Below, piece after piece: positions 28,472-41,600 of a DNA stretch of 64,000 bases (position 1 is its first letter; each line of letters opens with the position of its first letter). Made by a program: the position numbers and the translations under genes. The notes beneath the pieces are model-generated. The model worked only from the letters and a program-made list of their open reading frames with translations, was not told the DNA's origin and ran no database searches. The stretch is from Phallusia mammillata (taxonomy: Eukaryota): positions 21,452,001-21,516,000 of the forward strand of contig OZ281494.1 of NCBI GenBank assembly GCA_965637545.1, in the 5' to 3' direction.

Positions 28472-31400
28472 ATGTCATTTCTTCCGCACCCACCGATGTT
28501 AACTGCCCCAAACGTTGGAGTGAGACCCACTGCCCCGCCGACCACCCATCAGGTAAAGATTAAATTACCCTTTATACTTATTTGTTGTGTTGAATCGTAG
28601 TAACTGAATTTAATTGTTTTTTTACTGATGTTTTTAGACATTTGTTTTGGACTTACACTCCAAGCCTTTTGTTTGTAGACATCAGAGAGCGATATCAGAA
28701 CGAGTGTTTCAATTCCCTGCAGCCAGGTTTCGATGTTTCCATTCCCCGCAGCTGAAGCTCGCACTTTCCCGGCCCGTATTCCCGAATTGGCGTCGGCGCT
28801 TTATGGTCTTCCATATCCAAGCAATTCATCGCTATACGTTGGACTACAAGGCATTGACCCCGCAGCCTACCAGCCCATTATAGTAGGTTTATATATACTT
28901 AAGAGGGGACACACTACCGATGGTGTCGTTAGGGTTCTGTCACATTAAACCACTCTAATCTAATCGCGTAAATCAAATCTAATGTCAAAAGACAACTGCT
29001 GATGGCATTACATCAGATACAGACTTCACACTCGCTGATATGGTGACCCTGTAGTGAACTCAGGCAATTGCTAAGAGGATATAGTATTGTTATGATTATT
29101 ACTTCACGACAACTGCTATGTGAGAGCTTCCGTGGGCGCTAACATTACTTAGTCTTTGTAGTACAGTTGTTATTGCTTTTATTGGCGATGTCCTTAGTGC
29201 AAACGTATTGTCTGGCAACATTTGTTTTGACGTTGTGTTATTTTTGTTGGGTTTTAAATAGCGTTTGGAATTATTTGTTTAAATGTTGCAATGTGGAAAA
29301 TGGGATCTAAAATAGGACGACAACGAAGTATGAAAGTCCACAATGATCCAAACGTGCGTATGTGGTAGTGCTTGCGGGTTAAATCAAGCTCACAAAAGGT
29401 CCCTGCTTCGTTTTCTAATTTTTACGAAAAAATCTGCCTTTACCAACTTTGAGAACTGGCCCATAAAAATAAATATTACAGAAAATGTTGTCAACGAACC
29501 TGAGTAAAAGAAAATGTGGCGTCATAAAGAACTCGAAGTCACCAGTTTTGTAGAAACCTACGGTAAATTTAAAACTACGGTGAATGACACGGAAACAGTT
29601 TGCCCTCGCGATGAGTGATGTTTTAATTGTGGAAAACACGCTGTCGTGATATGAACGCACAGAATAACAATGTGCGAGTCATCCTCATGAGACTTTCCCT
29701 CTATCAATCAGCTTACTCTATTCCTTGTAATGGTTTCGTTTGTGCAAGAACACGAGTTACGCAAGATGCCCCATGTCTTCACAATAGAAACGTGCAGTGT
29801 GCAACGCACCCTAAATTGCACTACACGTACTTTGTACCTGTATTAACGAGAATGATTTTTCACTGGTTTCAAACCCTACAATGGCAGTTGCTCATTTCAG
29901 AACCGCATGAACCACAAGGAAATTTCCAACCAGTGGCGGTCACAGATAGCCCAAAACCCACTTTTGCATCACTACGACCCATCAATTGCAAGTTTGATGT
30001 ATCAAGGAGGGTAAGTCGCCTGTCTACTAATACCGCTTGTGATTGTTCAATCAAACTAATTGCAGCACCTTCTTGCCGCAACCCGCACGAGGTGGGTTAA
30101 ATAAATAAAATGGCGCGCTGACAGTCATTAGGCATGTACCATAAATCAAAAACATAAGCTACCCGGGATGAAACTCTGTATCCTATCTGCCATAAGCAAC
30201 CCGGGCTTTTCCTGTATTCAGAAAACCGATGCCGTAAAAATCCCTGTAATGCAGTGGCGCGCGATTTCTGATTAATTTTATTACACCTGTTGAAATGCAC
30301 GCGGGCCATATATCCTTAACCGGCAATTCCGCTCGTTCACTGGTATGCTAAACCATCATTCAGCTTCCAGCTATGTGAGAAGTGGTGAACATCTGTTTCT
30401 GGTGGGGAAAAATAAATGATATACCAGACGGTGATGGACAGGGAGCAAAGTAAAAAAACGCAAGACATTGTTGCCGCTTAAATGTATTTCGAAACTTGTC
30501 CTCGCGCATTTGAAACACCGCTATACCAAACATATGCTGAACATTAAATTACAAACGCAAAACATACGATGGGAAATTTGATCTCCATGTCTAAACGACA
30601 CCACGAGAAACAGGTCCTTGTGCAATAACCAATCGTTGCGTATGTTTCAATGGACGCGTGCTGGCTTCATTTTAACTCATAGTAGCGAGTTTCCAATAAG
30701 TCAAGCAAGGATACAAAGCACGACGACAAACACGGAAGCAATTAACAAGACGTGTCGTTGTTTTTTATGCTAAACATGCTCCTATTTCCTCGTATGTTCC
30801 CTCTTCTCACATGATTATACGCCGTTCATCTTGTCTGGTATTATAACACACGCTGTCTTTACAATCACAAGAAGCGAGATTTGCCTGGCTCGGAAATACT
30901 ACGAACCTGCCATACATTGTCGATATTTTTTGCGTAAGGTATCTGTAAAATTTTGTAAGACGATCTGATGAACGTACGATTTCCTTTAATTTGTGCAATA
31001 AAAAACCAACCAATCTAAACAGCCATAATAATTACGCTTTGCTTGGGTGGGTCACAATAGACGTTTTAGAAACAACGTCGGGTGTGATAACTGTTAAATC
31101 TGTACCTCTGACCTTTTGAGGAATCTTTTGGCGAGGGCTAAAGGAAATAAAAAGTCCAACGTTGCCTTCAGATGATCAGCACGTATTGTTGTTTGCAGCT
31201 ACGGGTCCCTTGCATTGAACGAAAGTGGACGACGCAAAAATGCGACCCGGGAGACGACCGCTACACTAAAAGCGTGGTTAAACGAACACAGGAAGAACCC
31301 GTACCCAACCAAAGGCGAAAAGATCATGCTTGCTATTGTTTCAAAAATGACACTCACACAGGTGATAAACCCTTGCATGCTAAGTTTATTTCCACATGCC

Positions 31401-34400
31401 CTTTACTTTAAAGGCGATGCAGCTGGCTATGAGGCAGTTTATCTTGCGTAAAAGCCATGTTTTACGTTCAAGTTATCTGTATGTTTCAATTTAAATACTG
31501 TCATTAATTATCTCTCCATTATCTGCTTTGTTAATTTGGTTTAAAACGCATGTTTTGGATCAAAACTTGAATGGATCAAATGGTCGAACAATGATTTACA
31601 ACCTACATTCAAAGCGCTTAATTGTATGTATCTGTAAATCCAATGTAATAAATAAACATACTCTCGCAGGTGTCAACTTGGTTCGCAAACGCCCGACGCC
31701 GCCTCAAAAAAGAAAACCGAATGACGTGGTCACCACGTAACAGGTGCGGCGACGAAAGAAACAGCGACGATGACGAAATAGATCAAGAAAAAGAACCTGG
31801 TAAATTTATTCTTAAATGCAAATAAACAAATACGATTATCAAAGACAAGAAAGTGAATCAAATTCGTACTTCTTGTCTGCCGCGTGATAGGACATTAGTT
31901 TTTGAATGACAACATCAATTACAGCAGCATCATTAAAGCGTTTGGCATCGCACACTTTTTTAAACGCGTCAGCCCAACAAGAAGAGATATTTTCGGCTCG
32001 ACCTAAACATTGCGTGACAGAAGTTGGAGTGAGTGTATACTGCGGGCATTGGGCCAGTGCGCTTTCGTGTCAAGGGCTTGTACACCAGTCTGCGAACCCG
32101 ATGTAATAACAATATCCACGGGAAGGCATTGGAAAGGCGAATGCGTCATAGTTTTGTCGATTATATCGGCATCGATCAGTGCGAACAGCCCTCAATCGAC
32201 AAATATAGGCAATTGATGAATTTGCTCGCGTTGACTGCCAACGCACAATTGTAGCAGTTTGTGTGCGACTGTTCGTAACAAAATTACACACTTTCGCTAG
32301 AAGTCGCTGAACGAGACTTAATCCCACAAAGTTTTTGTCTTAGTCCCTGATACGATCATTGTAGGTTATACATTTTACGTGTACCTATACATACAAATGT
32401 TTGTTTAATCAAATCCTGGTGAGAAATAAGCAAAAAGAAACTTGGCTAAAGGGAACAACTATAGAAAAACATAAATTGCTGTCAACACGATTGAAGGTAA
32501 AATTAAACATTTGCAAACGCGCACTATTTAATACACAATTAATTGGTCTACAGTACACAGAACCTCAGTTCCCACGATCGTCAGATTTTGTCCACTCATT
32601 GACAGGGAATTGGACTCCTGCATCCTTTTGCCATAAACCAAGGGTTACGCGATACCCTCCACCACTAAAACAGTTTCTAGTTTGCGGTGTTGGTTGCTGT
32701 TACGACTAACTGGGCTGTATACACAGAGTTTGTTGGTGCATTACAAGACGTGGTTTATAACATTTCCTTTCCCATGATTCTAATCCCGACGCTTAATTCC
32801 CAAGCACATGTGCAGAAAATTTGAAACTCACCTCGGGTGGTAAGGTTAAATGCACGTAGAAAAATGTCAATGTGTCCTTGAAGGACGTGATTTGCCTAAC
32901 CTATTGTATTAATGTAAAACGGGCCTCAAGAGTTGCTTACAATAAACAGGCTTACTATTATGCGCCTTGCATAAATTATACTTGGCTAAACGCAATTAAT
33001 CTAAAAGCTAAATGCTGTTTATGAATAAGTTAATAATACAAGCCAAATAAACAATTGGCGGTTGGTTTGCACCTACTTTGCCTAACTAAATTAGGTTTGT
33101 TGACACTTGAATTAAATTAGCAAGCTGGGAATGCATCAAAATTCAAAAAGTATATTTTAATTTCTATCAATACGTTGCAATATGTTTTTATTTACATTTT
33201 ATTGTGCATGTAGTTGTTATTTGTTTACTGGTTTCACGTTTAGTATATTTTGCAGTGGGTTGGTTTAATCCATAAATAGGAATTGGCGTATAGGTGTCAG
33301 ATTACTTCTTCTATACGCCTACTTCCTGTCTACACTAAAAACTGGGCAAAATCTTGAAACACCACAATGTTTATTGTTGCCTTATATCGATCGCGCTTTC
33401 CTCAGTTAAATTGGCTATCGAATTTCCTTATTTTTTTCATCACAATTTATCTATTTTGAACGTGGGAAGACCCTTGGATTAGGGGTCTTCAGAGATTTGA
33501 ATAGTGTAATTAGATAGTTTCTGATACGATGGTTTCACTCTGTGATGTTTTTTCGCAGCCAAACCGAACAGCAATATTTGCGAAACGGAAGAGGAGCTGG
33601 TGCGCGAAAAACAGTCACCAGAAGGTGAACATGGTCACGTGACAGCTTTTCGCAGCAGTAGTGGTGATACATCTGAGGAGGAATGTAACAGCTCACAACA
33701 GATGCCATTTCCCGGTAGTCTTTCATACAGCCACATCCACACCCAATTATTTCTTCGTCACCTTGCTTCTTTGCCACCCCATTTGCGACCAAGCGATCCC
33801 ATTAAACATTTCCAACAGCAAATTCAACAACATATCACCTCTTTTCAGTCTGATGCAAATCCTTCTAAATGCCAAGTTTATGAAAGTGAAGGCGAGAATT
33901 CTAAAAGCGAAGCAAGGCAAAACCCTTTGGATGGAAAAGCTGTATTTAGACTTTCCAAAACACAGCCAGCCAGACGCAATAGCATCAGTTCTCCTTCAGC
34001 GTCGGCTTCTTCTTTTGATCGATCACCTTCACCGTCTTCAAGTAGGTTTAAATTCATAGATCCACCTATTTTGGAGCGCGGAACTCCATACCTACAACCG
34101 CCACAATTCCGACGTCCCACCACGGAATCTTCACCCACCAACACTCTGCAATCCGATAAAAACTCCACGCCATGCTCAAGTGACGCGAGCGAGACACTTC
34201 GTATAAGCGCAACAGAGAAGAAAAAATTTAAAATCTGGTCGCCAGTTGCTGAGCTTCAGCAAAGTTCATCAGCTAATTCCAACATCATGTCTGATTCGGA
34301 AACAAGTAACCAAAACTCTTCCACAGAAGAAAGTTTCAGCCGAAGTTCAAACCTTTTCAATCACGGCGACAGTTTATCCCGAAAAATGAGCTTTTCTCCA

Positions 34401-35668
34401 CAGCCAAGCAGCCATTTAATGCCGTTTGGGTTACAACGTGAGTCGTCGTCTCCCAATTCAAATAACGCAGGCACAAACAGTACGCCAACTTCAGAAAAAC
34501 TTGGCAGCGCATGGTTGGAAGAATATCATCGTCAACTGGCTTACAGAAATCTTACAGCCAAGACACAACACACTCTTGCGGCCACCCTTGCCACTCTGGC
34601 AGCAAACAGACGAAACAGCATGCAGAACAACAAACTTGGATCACCAGAAGTTCTTTCCATGATGCAACATCAACGCACGCAAAGTCTGAACTTTGGGATG
34701 CCAGATATATTTCGATCATCAACACAAACATCTGATGAGGAGAGACGCTTGGACACAAATGATGATGACGATGAAGTATTTTCCGATGTGGGATCTAACA
34801 CACGTAAGTTTTATCAATTTTTGTCTCGACTTTTTGGCTTTAGGTTTAAGATTTCAAAAAATTTAAAAAAAATGGCCACCAAGCATTGTGCCAAGAAACT
34901 AACACTGAAAATGCAACTTACACGTCAGGTGAAAGTTTGGAGGAAATGTAATATTAACAAACCATGATATTTTGTGATTCCCACCGCCCATAAACTGGAT
35001 GCCTCAATATTAATCACGTTTAGTAATTAGTCATGTTACCTTACGTTGTCTGACAACCCAATGCCTGCATGATTGGTGTTGGGAATTTGCGCTCATCAAT
35101 GATCGAGAGCTTTGTCGCAAAAACTTTACCCCTCATAAACGACGGCGTCGCGTCTTCAGTCTAATTTCTTTTATCGTGGGACAATCGACCGGATGCCTGC
35201 GGGATTTCCATCCTCTGCATCGCTGTGCGTGGTTGTGTCGCACCAAACCAGCTTGCATAAACGTCAGGAAAGCGTGTCCCTTCCAAAGGAAATGGGATTG
35301 TCGTAACCGCGTTTTGCACTAAAATCCTAACTATTTTTGTTTCAAAAAAATTTAGAGTTCCTATCAATTAATTTAACAAAAGACACAATAACGAATGCAT
35401 GCATTGGGTGTAAGTCGTGTTAATTAGGCGTTAAATTGACGTTCTGTCACTTGGTAAAAAAAGTATTATTGTTTCACTAAAAGACTGGGACGATATTTTT
35501 GTTCCAAAGCATCTAAATTATAGCAGCAAACAAACTACGAGCTATTTTTTCGCAGCAATGAACCTGTCCAAGACCAACAAAGTAGGCACTCAACAAAACG
35601 AGGAGCGACCCTATAAGCTAGATGAAGAGGATCGAAAACGTATTATTCCATCCATTGTTGCAAATTAA
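28472..35668 (+). CDS. Irx: Iroquois-class TALE homeobox protein, paralogue 2 (~681 aa). Exons 28472-28552, 28679-28882, 29901-30010, 31199-31361, 31670-31799, 33559-34803, 35556-35668
   Basis: Starts MSFLPHP (Irx-like MSF N-terminus). GT-AG introns have phases 0,0,2,0,1,1, and the last five match the Irx-1 introns. Homeodomain [44 protein letters not shown]|[25 protein letters not shown]. Exon 29901-30010 ([20 protein letters not shown]) aligns with Irx-1 exon 4475-4566 ([18 protein letters not shown]). The terminal exon is the least certain. Confidence 0.92.
31199..31723 (+). other. Irx: Irx-2 homeobox, split by a phase-0 intron (31362-31669) at the same position as in Irx-1
   Basis: ACACAG|GTGATA...CTCGCAG|GTGTCAACTTGG. 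The homeobox exon is 163 nt in both genes. Confidence 0.95.
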
Positions 35669-38600
35669 GGTGAATTCTTTCTGCACCAAACAATTAGAAA
35701 TTAAATTTGTCAATCATCCTGCAGTGCTTCGCAATGTAATTTATTTAACGAAGTTAACAAATTAAACGCACGATTAGTTTTGTAATAAGCTGGTGTTGTT
35801 GTCGGTCAATACGCGCAGGTTATAATTAATAGTTTTTCAAAGATTTTGATCCAACTTTCATTTGGAGACCGTTGGCTTGGTGTGTGTTGATTAGGGTGTG
35901 CCACCCTCTATACAACCACGGCCGTATAAAGGCAATAAATCCAAATATTTGTTACGTGCTGAAGGGGGTCACGCCAAATTCTCTTCCATGTAACTCGGAA
36001 GGCTCCCAATGAATGTTTTTTTCCCTCCATAACCGGTTGTGTAAATAAACTGTAGCCATGAGTCGCCAACGTTTTTGGCAGACATAATAGCCCGATCAGG
36101 TAACAAAAGGCTTTTAGTGAAAATTTTAAATCGTCACTTCATGTCATGTATTGGAAGTCACCTATTTTAGTACAAAACTTATTTTTGAACGACAATATTT
36201 ATTTTAATCAACAGGGCAGTGGAATGGAGTATGTCGAATTTCTTCACACCGTACTGTCCGCTGATAATACTAACATGGTGACGTGCTATGAAGAACCAAT
36301 ATCACGTTTGGTCGTTATTGTATGTTGGGGCATGAACTTGTGGAAAATTGGAGCTCCCCTCGCGATAATAACATCATCACGGTCGGTAACAAATGAAAAC
36401 ATACGGGTGGTCTGTGGTCATTCCCCGTACCAGCTCATGCTCAGCGATTCACCCTGTTCAGCACACACGGCAACTGTACTGCTTGTTTTTTTACTTCCGT
36501 GGGTTGCGGAACGTTGCAAATCAGACACCTTGTCTCGGCAAAGCGGAAGCAGACCTTCATGAGATTCCGAACTTATTAAGTCCAGCCAAGACTCGTGCCC
36601 CCGATAAGTTGTTCCGCTCTCGCACGTCTAAACCCGGTCCGCTGCAAGTTTAATTAAATGTAAGCACGATCTCTTGCTTATGAATTATGCCGCTACCTTC
36701 CATGTTTTTGGTAGTGGGCGTAACAATGTTTGTGTTTGTACCGCCATCACAGCCGTGTTACGCGCTGACAAAGTTCATGCCGACCACCATCTTCCACGCA
36801 AATCCTAATATCCGCTTCCGAAGTTATATTACACTCGGTTTATTGCTTTTTTACCCAAAACCGTGATAAAGTCTGTAGGGCCTAAACAAAGTGTTAAGAC
36901 CAAGATAAAAATTTGCGTTTGTTTTGTTACTTTAATTATTCCCACTGTCGCAATCGACCTACAAGGTTTAAAGCCCAGCCGTTGTTTTTCTGGAACTTTC
37001 TTGTGTGTCTTGTGTGCTGTGATCGGAACGTAACGCTTTACGTGCAACAGATTTCGATGATTTGAACATTATGTGCTTTATATATACTCGTACTTTTGAC
37101 GCTGCTTTGTTATTTCCATGCCCATATCAGATGCAGAAACAAATAAAACATGAATCTTAAAAAATTGACTCTTTCTTCTAAAAATTCTTCAAGATTTTTG
37201 GTCATTACATTCTTCTCATTAAAATAAGACATCACTAAAAAGAATATATTGTTCAGTGACATGTATTTTATAGTTTTAATTTTTTTCCTTTGAAAACCGC
37301 CGAAATCGGCAACATATTTCTGTAACAGTTGAATTAAAGTATAACCTCATTGCAAAGACCTTAATTGAAATCCAAATGTAATTATACTCACAAAGACATT
37401 TTTACCAACGAAACTAAAATCCTTTGTTGCACGAAATATACTGGAACCGGTGTATCTAGAAGTTTTGCCCGGACAATGTGGTTAAGAACAAAAACACCCA
37501 AGCTTCTAAACATTGCTCATAGCACCAAGGAAATTCGTTACGCGTACAATGACATGAAAATAAAACTGGTAATCATATCACACCACGTTTGGGCCATTCA
37601 CAATCAATCGGTCAGCTCGTGACAGAACAAAATGTCCGGTGTAGGCATTTTCTGTCGGTGTAACAGTACCATTGGACTCTGAAACGATGAGCAAAGACGG
37701 AAGTATGTCGCATGACATCAAGTAACAGCTTTTTACGCAGGATCATCTGCCGTTCAACAAGCTGCTTTGAATAGATAGGCATGGAGGAAACTGACAATGA
37801 TTGAAATACAACGCGTGCACTGTTCATTAAAAGACCCGTTAAGATAGTATGGAGGACCGCGCATTGTTAACTCACAACATAAGCTGTTCTCAATACTTCT
37901 TGTGATTTACAATGACAGGCCTAATAACAGCTGCCCACAAGTGTTTTGTACAGATATTATTTTGCCAAACCTTCGTATTTGTATCACTGTATTGATCAAA
38001 CAAAGTTTACTTTCGTTGATTTAAACTTTTGATTAGATTTTGTTCGCCAAACGAAGTGTCAAGAACAAATTAAAATTATTGCCACTTTACCAGTTTAATC
38101 CGAAACGAATAACAATAACGATTTGAAAGGAAATATCTTGTGAAACAAACCTGTCAAGCAAACGCTGTCACAATTTTCCCACGACATTTGACATAGTACG
38201 ATTCCAGTTGGAACATTTGTTTTGTGATAAAACAAGATCGCTGCCATGTTTGTTCGTCTGCAAACGTTGCTCGGTTGTACATATGTCAGTGCTTCTGCTA
38301 CAAGACATAGCACTTTTAATCATCCCAGTTACGTACCACTAAAATCAATATTTCGTTGTTCAAAAGTTTTTAATTTTTAAAGCTTAAAGAATGATAAACT
38401 TTCGTAATATGAATAGTCTTGTAAAAATGATCTATTTAGGGCGTTCAACATACGTTAGGAATAGCATTTTCATTACGTCGCAACCACAAACATGTTTAAG
38501 CAGTTGCTACTTAATATGTTGAAGGAAATTACATGAGTTTCCTGTTTGTTTTTAATTCCATGCAGATTTTTCGCTGAACCTCTTGTCTGATTGTTAGCTT

Positions 38601-41600
38601 CGCGCCGAAATGCAATTCTAGATTTCTTGAAAAGCAGCCGTGGGCTGTGCAATCAAGGAAATTACCCCGGGACGGGGGGAGCAGAAATGTCAACCTGTCA
38701 ACGACAGTCTGCAAGATTGCTACCGCTTTGGTTTCTTGCCTTACCAGTACCTTCAATAAGCCAAATAATTGAATGAAAGCTGAATGCATCGTCTGGCCAG
38801 ACTGCTCAATCGATTGTTTGTCGCCTTTGTTAGTTTGTTGGTTACAATGATGCGAATTTGACTGCAACACAATTAAGCCAGTCCGGGGCAGACGGTATCA
38901 AGTTTTACTCTAAAACAGCAATTACCATTGGAGATCAGACAGGTCTAAAGCAACAACAAACAAAATTGCGCCAGAAGTACTTGTAACAAGGCGATTTTCG
39001 CCATGATCTCACCAGTCGACGACGCCCTATTAGATTTCACTCAAGTGTTCGTTTCCCCCTACCCAAACCTCATGTCAGACAAGTGTTGCGATTGTTGTTT
39101 AGTTGCGAAACGAACTCGGCCAAGCCACAGACCCTAAACACTCGTTTTGGGGCGAACGGGATATCGGGCGACAAACTAGTTGTTTTGATGGGGTCAAAAA
39201 GTCCTTACCGTACTACACGAGGCCTTGCCCTATGTTTAGGTGCATCCAGCATAGCATAACCTGTGTTGTCGCGTGTCAAACGCTACAATAGAATGCGGGT
39301 AAGCACTTGCAGGTCAAGTAAAAACTCCACTTTGCGGTTTGCAACAGAGGATTGCAAATCAATAGCTTATAACTTAGGTGTTGGTATTTTTCACTAATTA
39401 ACATGGTAAAATATTTGCGCAATCATGTACTTTACTCAAGGTGTTTTCGCTTTGAGTATATTTTCCCACATAGCCTAAACAATTTTAAAATGAAACTGGA
39501 AATGTGACTTCCTTCAGTGTTGGTATTTTTTTTCTATTTTGTCCCCTTTTCTATTTATTAATTATTGCATGTATGTACTATTGTATATCATAAGCTAAAA
39601 TTGCATCAGAAATGCATTTGTCACCTAATTTCAGATGGGCCCCAATCTTTACCTGCATTGATAAGTCGGCAATGGTATAAATACAACATTATTTTAAATG
39701 GATTGTTGTTTCCAAAAGAACGTTTCCCGGTTGCACGCGGGTTCATGCGTAAAGCGGGAATCTTTCTTCGACTGTGTCGGTCCAAAACCTGTCGATTACA
39801 GGAATTTCCGAGTCGTGTACTTTCGAAAGTGCAGTGGTTACTAATTTTTACATTTTTGAAGCCTGTAGGTGAACCATTGGGTCAAACGGCGTTAAAATTT
39901 ATAATACACAACTTTAGATACTTGTTTATAATGCGTATCTTCGATAAGTTTCAACTAAACATGGCGTTGGTAAAAAAAACAAGCAATATGTGCACCTACC
40001 CTTCGGGCAATTGCAAAATTCGTAAATTTAAATTGTGTTCAAATGACTGTAAAAAAGCCTGATAAATCCATGTAACAACTGGCCATAAATCTGAGGGTGA
40101 AAAAACGGCAATCTATTGTTTTCAATTTGGACTCGAATATTTATGTCTCAAAACTCGATCCTCGTGCCAGACCTTTTCAGACTAACAGTGGAAATGAAAA
40201 TGACATTCTAAGCGCCCCAATTGTCCTACTGCATGTCTGGAATAGATAGCAAGTAGATTCACATGGAACATGACCGACTGGGACAATCCTAAGGTTACGG
40301 GTCACGCTTTTACTGAGCATTTTCTGTGGTATCAGGGAACGGTGCGGGGTGATTTGATAAGAAACACGACTTGATCAGCAGTCGACATGTCTCAGCCACC
40401 GTGGGAAGAATGACACAATACAAATATTCGTTTTTCACGGGACAACTGGTGGATCACTTAACTGTTGTGTAAGTAAACAGCAACAAACACTTTATTGTGG
40501 GAATGCTGTTGTTGTTATGGATATAAATAACAGAAAATATCAGTTCATTTGTATCACGTTAAATCGATAATATTTACATAATTTGAATATAAAAAGCAAA
40601 AAATTACCCAGATCTAATAATTTGTCTACTGCATCCATAGAAAAATTGACAAATATCGGAAATAAAATCTTGTTGACATTCAACTTTGAACACTAAAACT
40701 TAGATTCTAGCTTTACGTTAGTCATAAGCATTAGTCATTTCGGCTTCTGTCTTATGCAAATATGCGTAAAGCCGTTTCAGGTGAGAAAACGCTTAAGGCA
40801 GGCGATAATTCCTCACGACACGCATGAGTGATCGATGGTCGGATCGCAAACACAGACTGTCCCTGCCTCTCCTGCACTATATTGTTGTGTGGACAGGGTA
40901 CACCTCATGACAGCCGCGAGTGAAAAGGCCCTGTTGGTTTGGCCCCATGCAGTGAATATTCCCACATTGTACAACAAGTTGTACCAATATAGCAGGCACG
41001 GCTGGCGGTCATTTTTAATTTTCCGCAACAAGCTTTTGTATCGGTGTGCAAACACGAAAATGTTCGAGGTAGGCCACCTCGTAAAACACGGCTTTGAAGA
41101 GAAATGTGCGTATTACTTGCTTTTCACGCCCTGCCTATTGTCGCGATGTTTGCACAAAATTTGATAGATCATAGACAGTTGTCGCACGGTAGGCGCTTAT
41201 TGCAAAATCAAACATTTGTCCGTTGTAAAATATCACAGTTAACAATGCTCTAACTGGGGGTAAAATAAATTCAGCTGTGCCTGGCCTATTGATTCAATCA
41301 TCGCTGTTCCTTTGAAGATCATTACACGGCAAAAACATTAAAATATACGGTAAGATAACAACCATAATGAATAAAAAGTGTTTGGGCAAATTGTCCTCAT
41401 TTTGATGATTTAAACTGTGTTTTTGTATTTCATATAAGTGCCATAGTAAAAAAATACAACATCAAGGAAGGTATCGCTTCACTGACGACTTGTGGGTCAA
41501 TTACAAAACTTTTATCGTGGACCATCGTTAAAAACACGTTTTCCAGAGCTTGTCTGTCATGAAGAGATCTCTTATCAAGCATTCAAACACGTTCCGGGAC

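Noticed and set aside
29627-30100. 157-aa ORF in the track
   Set aside because: It overlaps the real Irx-2 exon 29901-30010 in another frame and has no recognisable homology.
33285-33490. Two hairpins in Irx-2 intron 5 (GGCGTATAG/CTATACGCC at 33285-33319; GAAGACCC/GGGTCTTC at 33466-33490)
   Set aside because: Short stems that most likely are relics of an old MITE; no evidence for a structured ncRNA.
34804-34967. ORF-track C-terminal extension of Irx-2 ([11 protein letters not shown]...)
   Set aside because: It starts exactly at a consensus GTAAGT donor and has intronic AT-rich composition; a phase-matched terminal exon exists at 35556.
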